From assembly GCA_963716175.1 (NCBI GenBank), contig OY970296.1, forward strand, positions 2,976,001-3,040,000: a stretch of DNA of 64,000 nucleotides, written 5' to 3'. A model generated the notes under the pieces. It did not search any database and was not told where the DNA came from. It saw only the letters and a program-made list of their open reading frames with translations. Positions 28,270 to 38,680 of this stretch are shown here, piece by piece; position 1 is the first letter of the stretch; every line of letters begins with the position of its first letter. The DNA comes from an uncultured Armatimonadetes bacterium. Lineage in GTDB: Bacteria > Armatimonadota > Hebobacteria > Hebobacterales > Hebobacteraceae. A program made the position numbers and the translations under genes.

Positions 28270-29262
28270 GTGCTCGCCAACCGGACAAGGGCCGCAGCCG
28301 CTCCCACGGTGACGCTCGAGACCAAGTGCTGGGAGGGAGACTGGGAGCGGATCCTGAAGACAGACCATCTCCAGGTCCTGTGCGAGCGGAACTGCTACCC
28401 TTTCTCCTCCCGAATGCTCATGATCAACAACGTTACGGACCGCGGCGAGGTCTGCCGATGGGCACAGCGCGCGGTGGAGGATGGGCGGCTCACGGGATTC
28501 GCGGTGGCGGAGGAGCAGGCCGATGAGGCCCTGGGCTTCTTTGGGCTGACGAGGGAGGGATTGGGCAGGGGCTACGTATACTCCATTGCTGAACTGGTGG
28601 CCATCTACCTGTGCGAGTCCGACTACTTGCTGCATTTTGCCGGCGACTCGTTCCTTCCGATCAAGTGCGATTGGGTCGCTCGCGCGTTGGCGATGTTCGA
28701 GGCCGATGGGCGTGTGCGGGTGGCCAACCCGACTTGGACCGAACGCTATTGGGAGGCCAGACAGGAGGCTTTCGAGGAGACCCCGGACTGGTACTTTGGT
28801 TACGGGTTCTCCGACCAGTGTTATCTTGTCCGCGTCTCCGACTTCCGGGGCCGGATATACAACGAGCACCATCCCGCCTCCGCGCGCTATCCCGGGTACG
28901 GCGGCGAGCTCTTTGAGAAACGGGTCGACTCTTGGATGCGCAACCACGGCTATGTCCGGATAACGTTCAGGCATGGATCGTATATCCATGGGGAACCCCT
29001 CTACCCGCCGGGCAGCCGGGTCCACGCACCTCAGACGAGCGTGGCCAGTCCTGGCTGCGAAGAACGTGGTGAGAAGAGCAATAAAGCGGCACCTGGCCGT
29101 CAGTGGATGACCGGCCACCGACCAACGCGTTCCCCGACTCGGCCCCGCGGGTCGCGGTCGTGTACGATGACATTGTCCGCCCGGACACGACCGGTGGCTA
29201 CTGCTTCCGCGCCATGCAGCGCATCGCCGCGGCGACCCATCTGGGGCGGCAAGAGGCCTTGA
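28270..29262 (+). CDS. hypothetical GT-A-like protein; 3' end overlaps the next gene
   Basis: VTLETKCWEGDW, YLLHFAGD, FSDQCYL. The last ~90 aa look like low-quality read-through. Confidence 0.6.
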   Translation: MLANRTRAAAAPTVTLETKCWEGDWERILKTDHLQVLCERNCYPFSSRMLMINNVTDRGEVCRWAQRAVEDGRLTGFAVAEEQADEALGFFGLTREGLGRGYVYSIAELVAIYLCESDYLLHFAGDSFLPIKCDWVARALAMFEADGRVRVANPTWTERYWEARQEAFEETPDWYFGYGFSDQCYLVRVSDFRGRIYNEHHPASARYPGYGGELFEKRVDSWMRNHGYVRITFRHGSYIHGEPLYPPGSRVHAPQTSVASPGCEERGEKSNKAAPGRQWMTGHRPTRSPTRPRGSRSCTMTLSARTRPVATASAPCSASPRRPIWGGKRP

Positions 29263-32200
29263 TTTCCGGGCTGACCTTTGACTACCTCTTGCGGGTGGAC
29301 GACGATTTCGATTTCGGACTGCCTCCCGGTGCGCCCCCATCGGCCTTCTGGGTGATCGACACCCACACCAACTTCGACCGTCGGCTACAGCAGGCGCGGA
29401 GTTTCGACCTAGTCTTTGCGGCCCAGAAGGAGGGAGCGGAACGGCTTCGCCGAGAGGGCATCGAGAACTGCGAGTGGCTGCCTCTGGCATGCGATCCGGA
29501 GGTTCACCGCCGCCTGGATGTCGAGAAGGAACTCGACGTCGCATTTGTCGGTGGCATGCACCCGGGGCCGCGCCAGGAGCTGCTGTCCGCGGTGCAGCGG
29601 TGCTGTCCGAAGTCCTTTGTCGGCCAGGTCCGGCATACCGAGATGTGCCAAGTGTACAGCCGGGCAAGAATCGTCATAAACTGCTGTCTCAACAATGACC
29701 TGAACATGCGGGTGTTCGAGGCGCTGTCGTGCGGGGCGCTGCTGATCACGAATCGATTGGAGGGCAATGGGCAGGAAGAGCTGTTCAGCGATCGGGTACA
29801 CTTGGTCCAGTACGATACCATCGACGAGGCGCTCTCGCTGATCGACTACTACTTGAGGCACCCGGAAGAAGCGGAGCAGATCGCGGAGATGGGCCACCGA
29901 GAGGCGGTGGCGAAGCATACCTATCGGCACCGCATGGAGCGGGTGTTGGCGAGGATGTCGGCTTGGGCTCCGGAGCAGCTGTCGGGCGGGGCGAAGCGGG
30001 AGGGCGAGGCGCCGAAGGAGCTTGGGGCAGGACGGGATGTGAGGTACTTCCGCGGGACGGGCGTCCACCTTGGGGAACTGGTGCCCAGGAGTGCCCAGCG
30101 AGTGCTGGACGTGGGCTGTAGGGCAGGCGTATTCGGCGAGTCGCTGAAGCGCCGGCAGGGGTGCGAGGTGGTGGGGATCGAGCTTAACCGCTGGGCGGCG
30201 GAGGAGGCGCGGACAAGGCTCGACCTCGTGATGGAGGGGGACGCGGAGACGCTCGATATCGCTTCCCTAGGTTCCTTCGATGCCGTCGTGTGCGGGGACG
30301 TTCTGGAGCATCTACGGCAGCCGGAGGAGATGCTGCGGCGGATCCGCCAGGTGATGACCAAAGGCGGGGTGCTGGTTGCGAGCATTCCGAACACTCGTCA
30401 CATGGAGGTTCTGCAGCAACTCGCCGAGGGCAACTGGACTTACGAGCCGACCGGGCTGCTGGACAGAGATCACCTGCGTTTTTTCACGCGACGCAGCGCG
30501 GAGCAGATGTTTGAGGAGGCCGGCTACGAGGTGGTGGATGTCCAGGGAACACCTTCGCATGGCCATGCCGGCTGGGAGGGAGCGGGCCGCCCGAACCAGA
30601 TAAGGGCCGGCCGTTTGGTGCTGTCTGGGTTCGGGCCTGAGGAGTCCGAGGAGTTCTTCGTCGGCCAATGGCTGATCACGGCGCGCCCGTCCGAGCGCGT
30701 TGACTGGGGCCTGACGTCCATCATCATCCCTACTTGGAATCAGCTGGACTACACGCGGCTGTGCATCGAGAGCATCCGCAAGCACACGCGCCTCCCTCAC
30801 GAGATCATTGTGGTGGATAACGGATCGAGCGACGGCACGCCGGCTTGGCTCGAGTCGCTCTCGGACGTGCGTGTGATCGCGAATGCGACCAATCTCGGGT
30901 TCCCGAAGGCCTGCAACCAAGGATTGCAGGCCGCGATGGGGGCGAACCTTCTGCTTCTCAACAACGACACCGTGGTGACGCCGGGATGGCTGCGGCGCAT
31001 GCTGACCCATCTGCACGGCGCGCCCGAGGTGGGGATCGTAGGCCCACTCACGAACTACGCTGTTGGCGATCAGCAGATCGAGGTCGGCTACAAGAGCCTA
31101 CTTGAGCTGGACGGGTTCGCCTGGGATCTGGGGAGACGCAGGCGAGGCATGACGACCGCCACCGGCATGATCGTTGGCTTCTGTCTGCTCACCAAGCGCG
31201 AGGTGATCGGGCGCATCGGCCTGCTGGACGAGCAGTTTGGGATGGGCACGTTCGAGGACACGGACCTGTGCTACCGGGCGACCGCAGCTGGCTACCGTCT
31301 GCTGATATGCCAAGATGCGTTCGTGCATCACTTCGGCAGCCGGACCATGATCGGGAATCAGGTCCCCGGGGAGCAGCTGCTGGAGGAGAACCGCCTGCGA
31401 TTCGAGCGGAAGTGGGCGCTGAGTGCTCCCAAGCCAGACGTTGCGGCGGCGCCGCCGCAGCCGTCGGCGGGCCCCGCACCACCTGCCACCGAAGTGGTGG
31501 GTCGCGGGCACGGTAAGCGCCGGCGCAAAGCGAAGCGGCCACTGCCGGCTCCGGCCTCGCCCACCATCTCGTTGTGCATGATCGTGCGGGACGAGGAGGC
31601 GCACATCGCCGACTGCCTGAGGAGCGCAAAGCCCTATGTCGACGAGATGGTTGTGGTGGATACTGGGTCCAGGGACCGGACCCGGGAGATCGCGCGCTCG
31701 CTGGGGGCGAAAGTCTTCGACGCCCCCTGGGAGGACAGTTTCTCCGCCGCCCGGAACCGCTCACTCGCGCAAGCCACCGGAGAGTGGATCTTCTGGATGG
31801 ACGCGGACGATGTGTTGCCACCGGAGAGCGGGGAGCAATTGCACAGATGCGCGGCCGAGGCGCCCGAGCACGTGTTCGGGTTTATCGCACGGGTCCGCTG
31901 CCCAGCCGGGCGCAACGAGTATGGCGAGACTGTCGTCGACCACGTGAAGCTGTTCCGGAACCGGCCGGATCTCAGATTTGAGCTTCGTATCCATGAGCAG
32001 ATACTGCCCGCGATCCGCCGCGCCGGCGGGGAACTGGCCCGCGCCTCCCTGCAGGTGGTGCATGCTCACTACGATCACAGCCCGGAAGGGCAGGCGAAGA
32101 AGACCCAACGGGACCGCCGGCTGCTCGAACTCGACCTGCAGGAGAACCCCGCCCATCCGTTCGTGCATTTCAATGTGGGCATGACCGCGCTCCACGGGCG

Positions 32201-33089
32201 TGACTTCGATCGCGCCATTGCTCATCTGCGGCGCAGCATAGACCTTTCGGGGCCGCGGGAATCGCATGTTCGGAAGGCCTTCGCGCTGCTCGCCACCGCC
32301 TACCGGAGCAAGGCTGATGTGGAAGCCGCCCTGCGGGCCTGCCAAGAGGGCAGGCGCATCTACCCCGACGATCCTGAACTGGTGTTCAACGAAGGCATCT
32401 GTCACCAGATGGCCGGAAACCTGCAGCAGGCCGCGGCCGCGTTCCTCTCCATCCTGGAGCAGAGCGGCCGCTCGGACTACCTGGCCAGCATCGACGCGGG
32501 CGTTGGCTCGTATAAGGCCCGCCATAACCTGGCCGTGGTATACGACAAGCTAGGCCGGCTGCAGGAGGCCGAAGCCTGCTGGCAACAGGTGATCGATGAG
32601 CGGCCCGAATTCCTGCCAGCTTGGCTGGCGCTGGCAGAGCACCTAGCCGGTGCCAGTAGGGAAGACGATCTTACCCCTCTCGCGAGGCGAGCCCGCAGCA
32701 GCGGACGTACGCTAGCCGCGGACTTGGTCACTGGCCTGCACGCACTGCGTTGCCGAGACCTGTCGCTGGCTGAGCAGTGTTTCCGTCGGGCGGTCGAAAG
32801 CTCTCCAGACGTGGATTTCGGATTCCGTTTCCTCAGCCACGCGCTGCTGCAGCAGGGGGAGAGGGCAGAGGTGGAAGGTGTTCTCCGCCGCCTGATAGAG
32901 CTCGCCCCTGATGACGGGGAAGCCCACCACAATCTGGGCAGCCTGCTGATGGAACAGCGCCGCCTAGCGGAGGCCGCATCTGAACTCCGAAAAGCCATCG
33001 AGCTGCGGCCTGGCAACACCAGGTCGCAACACATGCTGGAAGAGGCGTCACGGCGGCTGAGTCAGGGGGTAGGTGTCGAGGGCCTGTAG
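29103..33089 (+). CDS. multidomain glycosyltransferase: CgeB-like GT, methyltransferase, GT2, GT2 and TPR repeats
   Basis: WLPLACDP, DLNMRVFEALSCG; VLDVGCRAG; SIIIPTWN, LLNNDT; ISLCMIVRDE, WMDADD; C-terminal TPRs. Confidence 0.92.
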   Translation: MDDRPPTNAFPDSAPRVAVVYDDIVRPDTTGGYCFRAMQRIAAATHLGRQEALISGLTFDYLLRVDDDFDFGLPPGAPPSAFWVIDTHTNFDRRLQQARSFDLVFAAQKEGAERLRREGIENCEWLPLACDPEVHRRLDVEKELDVAFVGGMHPGPRQELLSAVQRCCPKSFVGQVRHTEMCQVYSRARIVINCCLNNDLNMRVFEALSCGALLITNRLEGNGQEELFSDRVHLVQYDTIDEALSLIDYYLRHPEEAEQIAEMGHREAVAKHTYRHRMERVLARMSAWAPEQLSGGAKREGEAPKELGAGRDVRYFRGTGVHLGELVPRSAQRVLDVGCRAGVFGESLKRRQGCEVVGIELNRWAAEEARTRLDLVMEGDAETLDIASLGSFDAVVCGDVLEHLRQPEEMLRRIRQVMTKGGVLVASIPNTRHMEVLQQLAEGNWTYEPTGLLDRDHLRFFTRRSAEQMFEEAGYEVVDVQGTPSHGHAGWEGAGRPNQIRAGRLVLSGFGPEESEEFFVGQWLITARPSERVDWGLTSIIIPTWNQLDYTRLCIESIRKHTRLPHEIIVVDNGSSDGTPAWLESLSDVRVIANATNLGFPKACNQGLQAAMGANLLLLNNDTVVTPGWLRRMLTHLHGAPEVGIVGPLTNYAVGDQQIEVGYKSLLELDGFAWDLGRRRRGMTTATGMIVGFCLLTKREVIGRIGLLDEQFGMGTFEDTDLCYRATAAGYRLLICQDAFVHHFGSRTMIGNQVPGEQLLEENRLRFERKWALSAPKPDVAAAPPQPSAGPAPPATEVVGRGHGKRRRKAKRPLPAPASPTISLCMIVRDEEAHIADCLRSAKPYVDEMVVVDTGSRDRTREIARSLGAKVFDAPWEDSFSAARNRSLAQATGEWIFWMDADDVLPPESGEQLHRCAAEAPEHVFGFIARVRCPAGRNEYGETVVDHVKLFRNRPDLRFELRIHEQILPAIRRAGGELARASLQVVHAHYDHSPEGQAKKTQRDRRLLELDLQENPAHPFVHFNVGMTALHGRDFDRAIAHLRRSIDLSGPRESHVRKAFALLATAYRSKADVEAALRACQEGRRIYPDDPELVFNEGICHQMAGNLQQAAAAFLSILEQSGRSDYLASIDAGVGSYKARHNLAVVYDKLGRLQEAEACWQQVIDERPEFLPAWLALAEHLAGASREDDLTPLARRARSSGRTLAADLVTGLHALRCRDLSLAEQCFRRAVESSPDVDFGFRFLSHALLQQGERAEVEGVLRRLIELAPDDGEAHHNLGSLLMEQRRLAEAASELRKAIELRPGNTRSQHMLEEASRRLSQGVGVEGL

Positions 33090-33203
33090 CCCGCTACGTA
33101 GCACGAGAGGCCGAGGGGGCAGTGCAAAGATACAGAGACAGGAACGCCGGAGGCGTGACTAATCCCAGCCCCCCTTCTGTCCCACTTTCGCTGACGCTCT
33201 ACA

Positions 33204-33349
33204 ATGGCCGCTTTGCGCAACCTCGTGATTGGACTGTTCCGTCTCAGCGGCGTGCGCAACATCGCCGCGGCGCTGCGCACCTAGGCCTGGCACGCCCAAC
33301 GCGCCATCGCCCTCGTCACCGCCCCGCAGGAGATAACGCAGTGACCCTG
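33204..33349 (+). mobile_element. ISAs1-family transposase 3' remnant
   Basis: MAALRNLVIGLFRLSGVRNIAAALRT*AWHAQRAIALV matches the ISAs1 C-terminus. Ends near GACCCTG (IR-like). Confidence 0.65.
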
Positions 33350-33528
33350 CCAGACCGTAGCTTGGCCCTTGTCCCAGAAACGCTGAAGACGTACAATAAG
33401 GATGCGGGTGCGCCGACTGAGAGCTGGCAAGCCACCTTGCTCAGCGTTGCTGTCACGCCGCCTGCTCCCGATCACTATAGGGCGAGTGTGACCGGCCAGT
33501 TGATCGTCGGCGCGCCAAGAGGTGGGAA

Positions 33529-34011
33529 ATGGATGATCGGAAATCGCCAAGCCCGATGATCGTGGATCTGGGATGCGGCTCCGCCAAGCGCGGGAATGTC
33601 GGGATCGATCTCACGGCCGTTGGCACCAAGGCCGACATCATCTGCAACCTGGGATTTGAGCCGATCCCGCTGCCGGACAGCGTGGCCGACAGGGTCCTCG
33701 CCTATGACTTCCTGGAGCACATGCCATTCTGCGTCTGGGAGAACGGGAAGCGCCGAACGCCGGTAATAGATCTGTTCAATGAGGTCTGGCGCATTCTTAA
33801 GCCGGACGGGATTTTTGAATCTCTCACGCCCTGTTACCCGGCACGGGAATGCTACCAGGATCCCACGCATGTCAGCGTCTGGACCATGAAGACCATGTCC
33901 TACTTCTCGGATTTCATCGTGCCGCAGTATGGGATAAGAGCGCGATTTCGGGTCTTGCGCAACGAAGTCGAAGGTTCTCACCTGGCGAGTGAGCTGCAAG
34001 CAGTCAAGTAG
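33529..34011 (+). CDS. small class I SAM methyltransferase (type 11-like)
   Basis: IVDLGCG, DFLEH, NEVWRILKPDG, QDPTH. Confidence 0.85.
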   Translation: MDDRKSPSPMIVDLGCGSAKRGNVGIDLTAVGTKADIICNLGFEPIPLPDSVADRVLAYDFLEHMPFCVWENGKRRTPVIDLFNEVWRILKPDGIFESLTPCYPARECYQDPTHVSVWTMKTMSYFSDFIVPQYGIRARFRVLRNEVEGSHLASELQAVK

Positions 34012-34028
34012 CCCGGACGTGGCGCCAG

Positions 34029-34809
34029 ATGGATCCACCGGAGACAGGGAAGACGCCTGACTCGTTGCGGGCAGCGGTGGTTGCTGAGTACGCACCCGAG
34101 TGGCTTGCCTGTAAGGTGTTCAGGGACTGGTCCAGTGGGGCGGCCTTGGGGACGCCGGAGCGTTACGGGCGTATCTCAAAGCTGCGTCGAGCCCGCGTGA
34201 GCTCACTTGCCAAGGCCCTCTCCCAGTGGACGCAAGGACGCTACGGCGAAGCACAGGCTCGCGCGCTCATCGCAGCCTTCGCGGAAGTCTCTCTCCCTGC
34301 GCAGTTGGAAGAAGCCTACTCTCAGGTGATCTGGTCTCTCGTCTCCCAGATTCGCGGTCTGATCGCGGGGAAAGGGCAACTGCGCGCGCTCGTCGCGGCG
34401 GAGAGCGAATCCCTGCCCGCGGTGGCGGTGCTCCAGTCCGAATTCGGCTACGGCCCGGGAACAGCCGCCGTCATCGTTTCCGAGGTAGGTGACATGGCCG
34501 ACTTCCCCAGAGAAGCAGCCTTCGCTACCTACTGTGGGGTGACTCCGCTCAAACGCAGGTCTGGGGTCTCCCGCGGCGCTGCACGCCTCTCGCGCTTCAC
34601 TAACAAGCGGCTGCTGCGAGCGGTCACGCAGGCGGCGCTGACAGCTGCGACCCACCACGCAGAGTCCCGACTCTACTACCAGAAGAAGCTGGCCGGCCGA
34701 TCCGCGCACCAAGACGCTCGCCCTCATCGCGCTCGCGCGGCATCGTGCCCGGCGGCTCTACAAGGTACTGCGACGTGCGTCGTTACCGTCGGCGGAGGTC
34801 GCCGCGTAA
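34029..34809 (+). mobile_element. IS110-family transposase remnant (5'-truncated, frameshift near 34700)
   Basis: GYGPGTAAVIVSEVGD..F..AAFATYCGVTP..RSG, NKRLLRA. Alternate frame gives ALIALARHRARRLYKVL..*. Confidence 0.85.
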
Positions 34810-34814
34810 CGTGA

Positions 34815-35299
34815 GTGTACCTCGTCTTCTTCCTGGAGATCGGCACCCGTCGGATCATCCACTGGAACGCCTCTACCTCCCCGGACGAGGCCTGGGTGCA
34901 CCAACAGTTCCGGAACCTGTCCGTGGTGAACGACGGCCTGCCCAGGTATCTCATCCACGACCGGGACAGCAAGTACACCCGACATGCGGACTCCTTGCTA
35001 GAGGACACGGGCACCAAAGTGATCCGGTTGCCAGCAAGGTCTCCCAATCTAACGGCTATGCGGAACGCTGGATTCGCAGCCTACGGCAAGAGTGCTTGGA
35101 CCGGATCATTATCCTCAACGAAGCCCATCTACGCTGGGTGCTGGCTGAATACGTCCGCTACTACAACCAGCACCGGCCCCATCAATCGCTGCAGCATCTG
35201 CCGCCGGAGGCCCCGGACGCCTATCCGCGTGAGGGCAAGATCGTTGCCCGCCCGGTGCTCGGCGGCCTCATTAACGACTACTGCCGCCTCGCCGCCTGA
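34815..35299 (+). mobile_element. rve integrase-core transposase remnant (frameshifted)
   Basis: YLIHDRDSKY..PARSPNL, then after a frame change NGYAERWIRSLRQECLD..YYNQHRPHQSL..PVLGGLINDY. Confidence 0.85.
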
Positions 35300-35563
35300 C
35301 GGAGTCCGCAGTCCACTCCACCATCGGGGGCTGCTGCTGCGCGCCCGGCGTGGCCTTCTGACGCGCATCATGGCAGCCCTGGCCGACGCGCGAGCCATCC
35401 GAAACCTGACCAACCAACCACGCGATAGGGCAGGTCCCGCTCTGCACCTGCCGAAGAAACCCTCAGATCAGTTTCGGTACATTACGGGTGCCGAGGCTAG
35501 TGCCACATCACCAGCACGACGTGCATCGTGGCGCGTCATGTGAGGGTGCTCAGTGGAGCGGCG

Positions 35564-38500
35564 CTACTTGCTACCGTTCGCGGAGGATCGGCTCATACGA
35601 CGCTGCTGAAGCCTTGCGCACTCCTCTTGGATGAGCGCGACTTCTGAGCGCGATAGGCCAAGGCCCTCCCGGAGGACCAGCCCATCCAGCTCGCTCCACA
35701 CGTTGGGATGAGCGCCCGGTTTCCTCAGGGCTTTGTCAAGCCGCGCCAGCTTTGCACTGATCCGGTCTACTACTCTCTGCGGGAACTTCTCCAGGTTTGG
35801 AAGGATCGCAGCTCGCGCGTCACGTGGCTCCAGCTTGAGTAGCCCGCCGCCATAGCCGCGCCCAACAAGCTCCAGGCTAAGCCCAGTGAGCGAGGAGTAG
35901 AACGACGCCAGGTAGGGCTTGACGAGGTCGCGGTGCGTCGTGAAGGACACGTGATGCAGTGTGTTGGTACTGTTGACCTTGGCTTCGTTCATGGTCATGC
36001 GGCACCGCCTGCCCGACATGTAGGTCAGAAAAGCATCAGGGGACGGCGGGTACGGCACGGAGTACCAAGGCCATCGCGTACGGCACTTGTACCTAAGGTG
36101 GACCCCCATTCGGTGTCCCTCGTCCAGGTACCTAGCGAGTTCCTCGTCAGCAGCAATGTCTGCGTCAGGCGGAACTCGCAGCAGCAGGTGCTGTGCATCC
36201 GCTTTCCGCAGTCTCGCCAGGTCCTCGCGCGAGAAGACCGCTCCTGCCACGTGGCTGGCGCTGGTGAGGACGGGCTTCAGCCACCCTCTCCTGATGCCTC
36301 TGGCCCGCGCGGCGCTGGGCGCTAGCGTGTAGAACTTAACATCGCCCGTGACGAGCCCGATGCCCACATTCGCCACACTCGCAAAGGGCAGAGCAAGCCC
36401 GCGTTCGATCAGCGACTCAAGGAGATCAAGCACATCCTGGCTGGTGAGCAGCGCCGTCCATTTCGTCGCTTGCCATCCCTGGCGCGCCTCAGGTGCGGCC
36501 GACGCGCGCTCCAGTGATCCTGCAAGGTCATCTGCCCCGCGCACCTCTGTGCGTCTCATCCCAGCCGCATCGGACGCGCTGGCCAGTAGCAGCAGCACAT
36601 CCTGCTGTTTCTCGAATACTCGGCCCTCGAAGAGCACGAACGACAGGCTTCGAAAGCGTTTCCGCAGGAATCTGCGCACAGGTTCAGCATAGTCTGCGGT
36701 TAGCAGCTCTGTCGGCAGTACCATGGCGAGGCGGCCCTGGGGGCGGAGGAAAGCCGTGGCGTGCAGCAGGTATGGCGCCCATGAACTGGCACTCGGCGAG
36801 AGTCGTGCATCCGGCCCAAGAGTGGCATTAAGGACCTTGTTCGCCGCTTCAAGCGCACGGGCGCGATCCGCTCCTTTGAACCGGTGGGCACGGACATACG
36901 GTGGGTTACCCACAACTGCATCAATACCGTGCGAAGGCCCGACGTCGCCAGGGGATACTGAGAAGAAATCGTCGCGGACCATGTGGTTGGCCGGCAGGCG
37001 CTGCCGTCCTCTCCACAGCTCCGCGAACTGGCGCCAAGCCAGTGCGTCCATCTCAACGCCGTAGACGTGCTGCCCGATGGCGTCGCGGCCAGCACCCAAC
37101 GACGACAGCCTGTCACAAGCCTCACGCAGGAACTCTCCGTCACCAGATGCCGGGTCCAGAACGGCATCTGACCGGTTCCTCACCGCCCAGGAGACCAGGA
37201 ACCTAACTATGCCGGTAGGCGTGGCGACCGCGCCGCGGATCTTCGCCGCTGCGCTTGCGAACAGACTCTCTCCGTCTGACGCCATGCTGTCGGCGGGCGA
37301 CGTGCTAGGCAGGGCAGGTATGGAGACGGTGCGAAGCCGCGGTGCCACCGATGGCGGCACAAACACGTCGGCGAACGGCTCGTAGCGGCGACTCGCCTTG
37401 TAGCTCCTCGCAATGTCGTCCAGGGAGATGGAGCCAAAGAGATCGCGGGTGGGCGGCTGGGCGAACCGGAATGACTTGCGAATGGCGGAGTGGATGATCA
37501 CAAGCGCAGGAGGGACTCCCAGGTCGCGCGCGAGAATCTCTTCCAGATACCGGCTCTGCAGTTGAGCGGACTGGTGCCGAGCAACTCTCCCGGAGGACGC
37601 GTCGCCGTTGGCAACCGAGTTCCCCTCACCATGCTGAGAGGACTCGCGTCGGGGGCGACCGCCGGACAGCCGGGCCGTCAGCGACAGGTGAACTAGCGGC
37701 GCTGATTCACTGGCGGACACGAACAGAGTGCCTGTCTCGAGTTGATTCAGGATGTGGCGGGCCGTCTCATGTCCTGCGATGCGCCGGTAGACCTGTGTGT
37801 CGGTCATGCGCAGGAACACCTTGGTCGATCCCAGCCGCAAGGTCGGATCAGACTCACTGGGACTCGATACGTCCCCGGGCCCTGGGAAGGCTAGCTCCAA
37901 CGCGCGGGTTAGCATTGCCTCCGCCGCCATTCCGCGAGGTGAGTAGATAAAGCCCTCGTATATCCTGCGCTCAAGCTCAAAGAAGTCACGGACTAGCGCT
38001 TCCGTATCCGACCCGGCATCCAGCAGAAGGTTCGGGCCGACCTTGCGGAACGCTTGGGCGAGGGCCACCGGCTCGGGGTAGGGCAGGCCAACCGACCTTG
38101 CAGTGCGGGTGACTCCCTCGAGCGCGTCGACTGACAGAGTCCCGTTCACGAGCAGGTTGAGCACTGCCACCTCGTCGCCGGGTGGCATCAAGGCGGAGTC
38201 CGCTCTACCCGCCCGCGATGGCGCTAGCGCCCCCGCCAGAAGGTCCCTCGCCATCGCGATCTGCGACGCCAGCTCCGGCTGTCCTTCCGAGCGCATGTCC
38301 CTGGAGAACTCGGAGGCCAACCTCCGGGCATCGCCTTGGTGGAACCTGCCTAGGCGCTTCCGGAGGAAGACTTCGGCACCATGCGATAGCGCCGTATGGC
38401 CTATGTCATGTAGTAGTGAAGCCAGGACTATCAGGGTAATAGATCGATCGCTTAGGGCGAGGGCCTCCGCTATGGTCCGGCTCAGTTCGGCCACCGCGAG

Positions 38501-38680
38501 CGAGTGCTCGTATCGCGAGTATGAGCGCTGCAACTTGACGACGTACTCCATCGTGCCGAGGAGCCGGATATCTTTGAGGCGCTGCAGGTACCCGCGATCC
38601 AGCACCGGAGCCAGGCCCATTGCCCGCAGCCTGTTCTCGATGGCCTGCACCGAATCGAGTGGGTGCTGCTCTTCAGCCAT
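35564..38680 (-). CDS. HD-domain (SAMHD1-like) phosphohydrolase fused to an N6-adenine DNA methyltransferase with target-recognition domain
   Basis: LQRLKDIRLLG, SRYEHSL, LLHDIGH; VLDPASGDG, VVGNPPY, GRGYGGGLLKLEP. ATG at 38680 overlaps the upstream stop. Confidence 0.88.
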   Translation of the reverse strand: MAEEQHPLDSVQAIENRLRAMGLAPVLDRGYLQRLKDIRLLGTMEYVVKLQRSYSRYEHSLAVAELSRTIAEALALSDRSITLIVLASLLHDIGHTALSHGAEVFLRKRLGRFHQGDARRLASEFSRDMRSEGQPELASQIAMARDLLAGALAPSRAGRADSALMPPGDEVAVLNLLVNGTLSVDALEGVTRTARSVGLPYPEPVALAQAFRKVGPNLLLDAGSDTEALVRDFFELERRIYEGFIYSPRGMAAEAMLTRALELAFPGPGDVSSPSESDPTLRLGSTKVFLRMTDTQVYRRIAGHETARHILNQLETGTLFVSASESAPLVHLSLTARLSGGRPRRESSQHGEGNSVANGDASSGRVARHQSAQLQSRYLEEILARDLGVPPALVIIHSAIRKSFRFAQPPTRDLFGSISLDDIARSYKASRRYEPFADVFVPPSVAPRLRTVSIPALPSTSPADSMASDGESLFASAAAKIRGAVATPTGIVRFLVSWAVRNRSDAVLDPASGDGEFLREACDRLSSLGAGRDAIGQHVYGVEMDALAWRQFAELWRGRQRLPANHMVRDDFFSVSPGDVGPSHGIDAVVGNPPYVRAHRFKGADRARALEAANKVLNATLGPDARLSPSASSWAPYLLHATAFLRPQGRLAMVLPTELLTADYAEPVRRFLRKRFRSLSFVLFEGRVFEKQQDVLLLLASASDAAGMRRTEVRGADDLAGSLERASAAPEARQGWQATKWTALLTSQDVLDLLESLIERGLALPFASVANVGIGLVTGDVKFYTLAPSAARARGIRRGWLKPVLTSASHVAGAVFSREDLARLRKADAQHLLLRVPPDADIAADEELARYLDEGHRMGVHLRYKCRTRWPWYSVPYPPSPDAFLTYMSGRRCRMTMNEAKVNSTNTLHHVSFTTHRDLVKPYLASFYSSLTGLSLELVGRGYGGGLLKLEPRDARAAILPNLEKFPQRVVDRISAKLARLDKALRKPGAHPNVWSELDGLVLREGLGLSRSEVALIQEECARLQQRRMSRSSANGSK

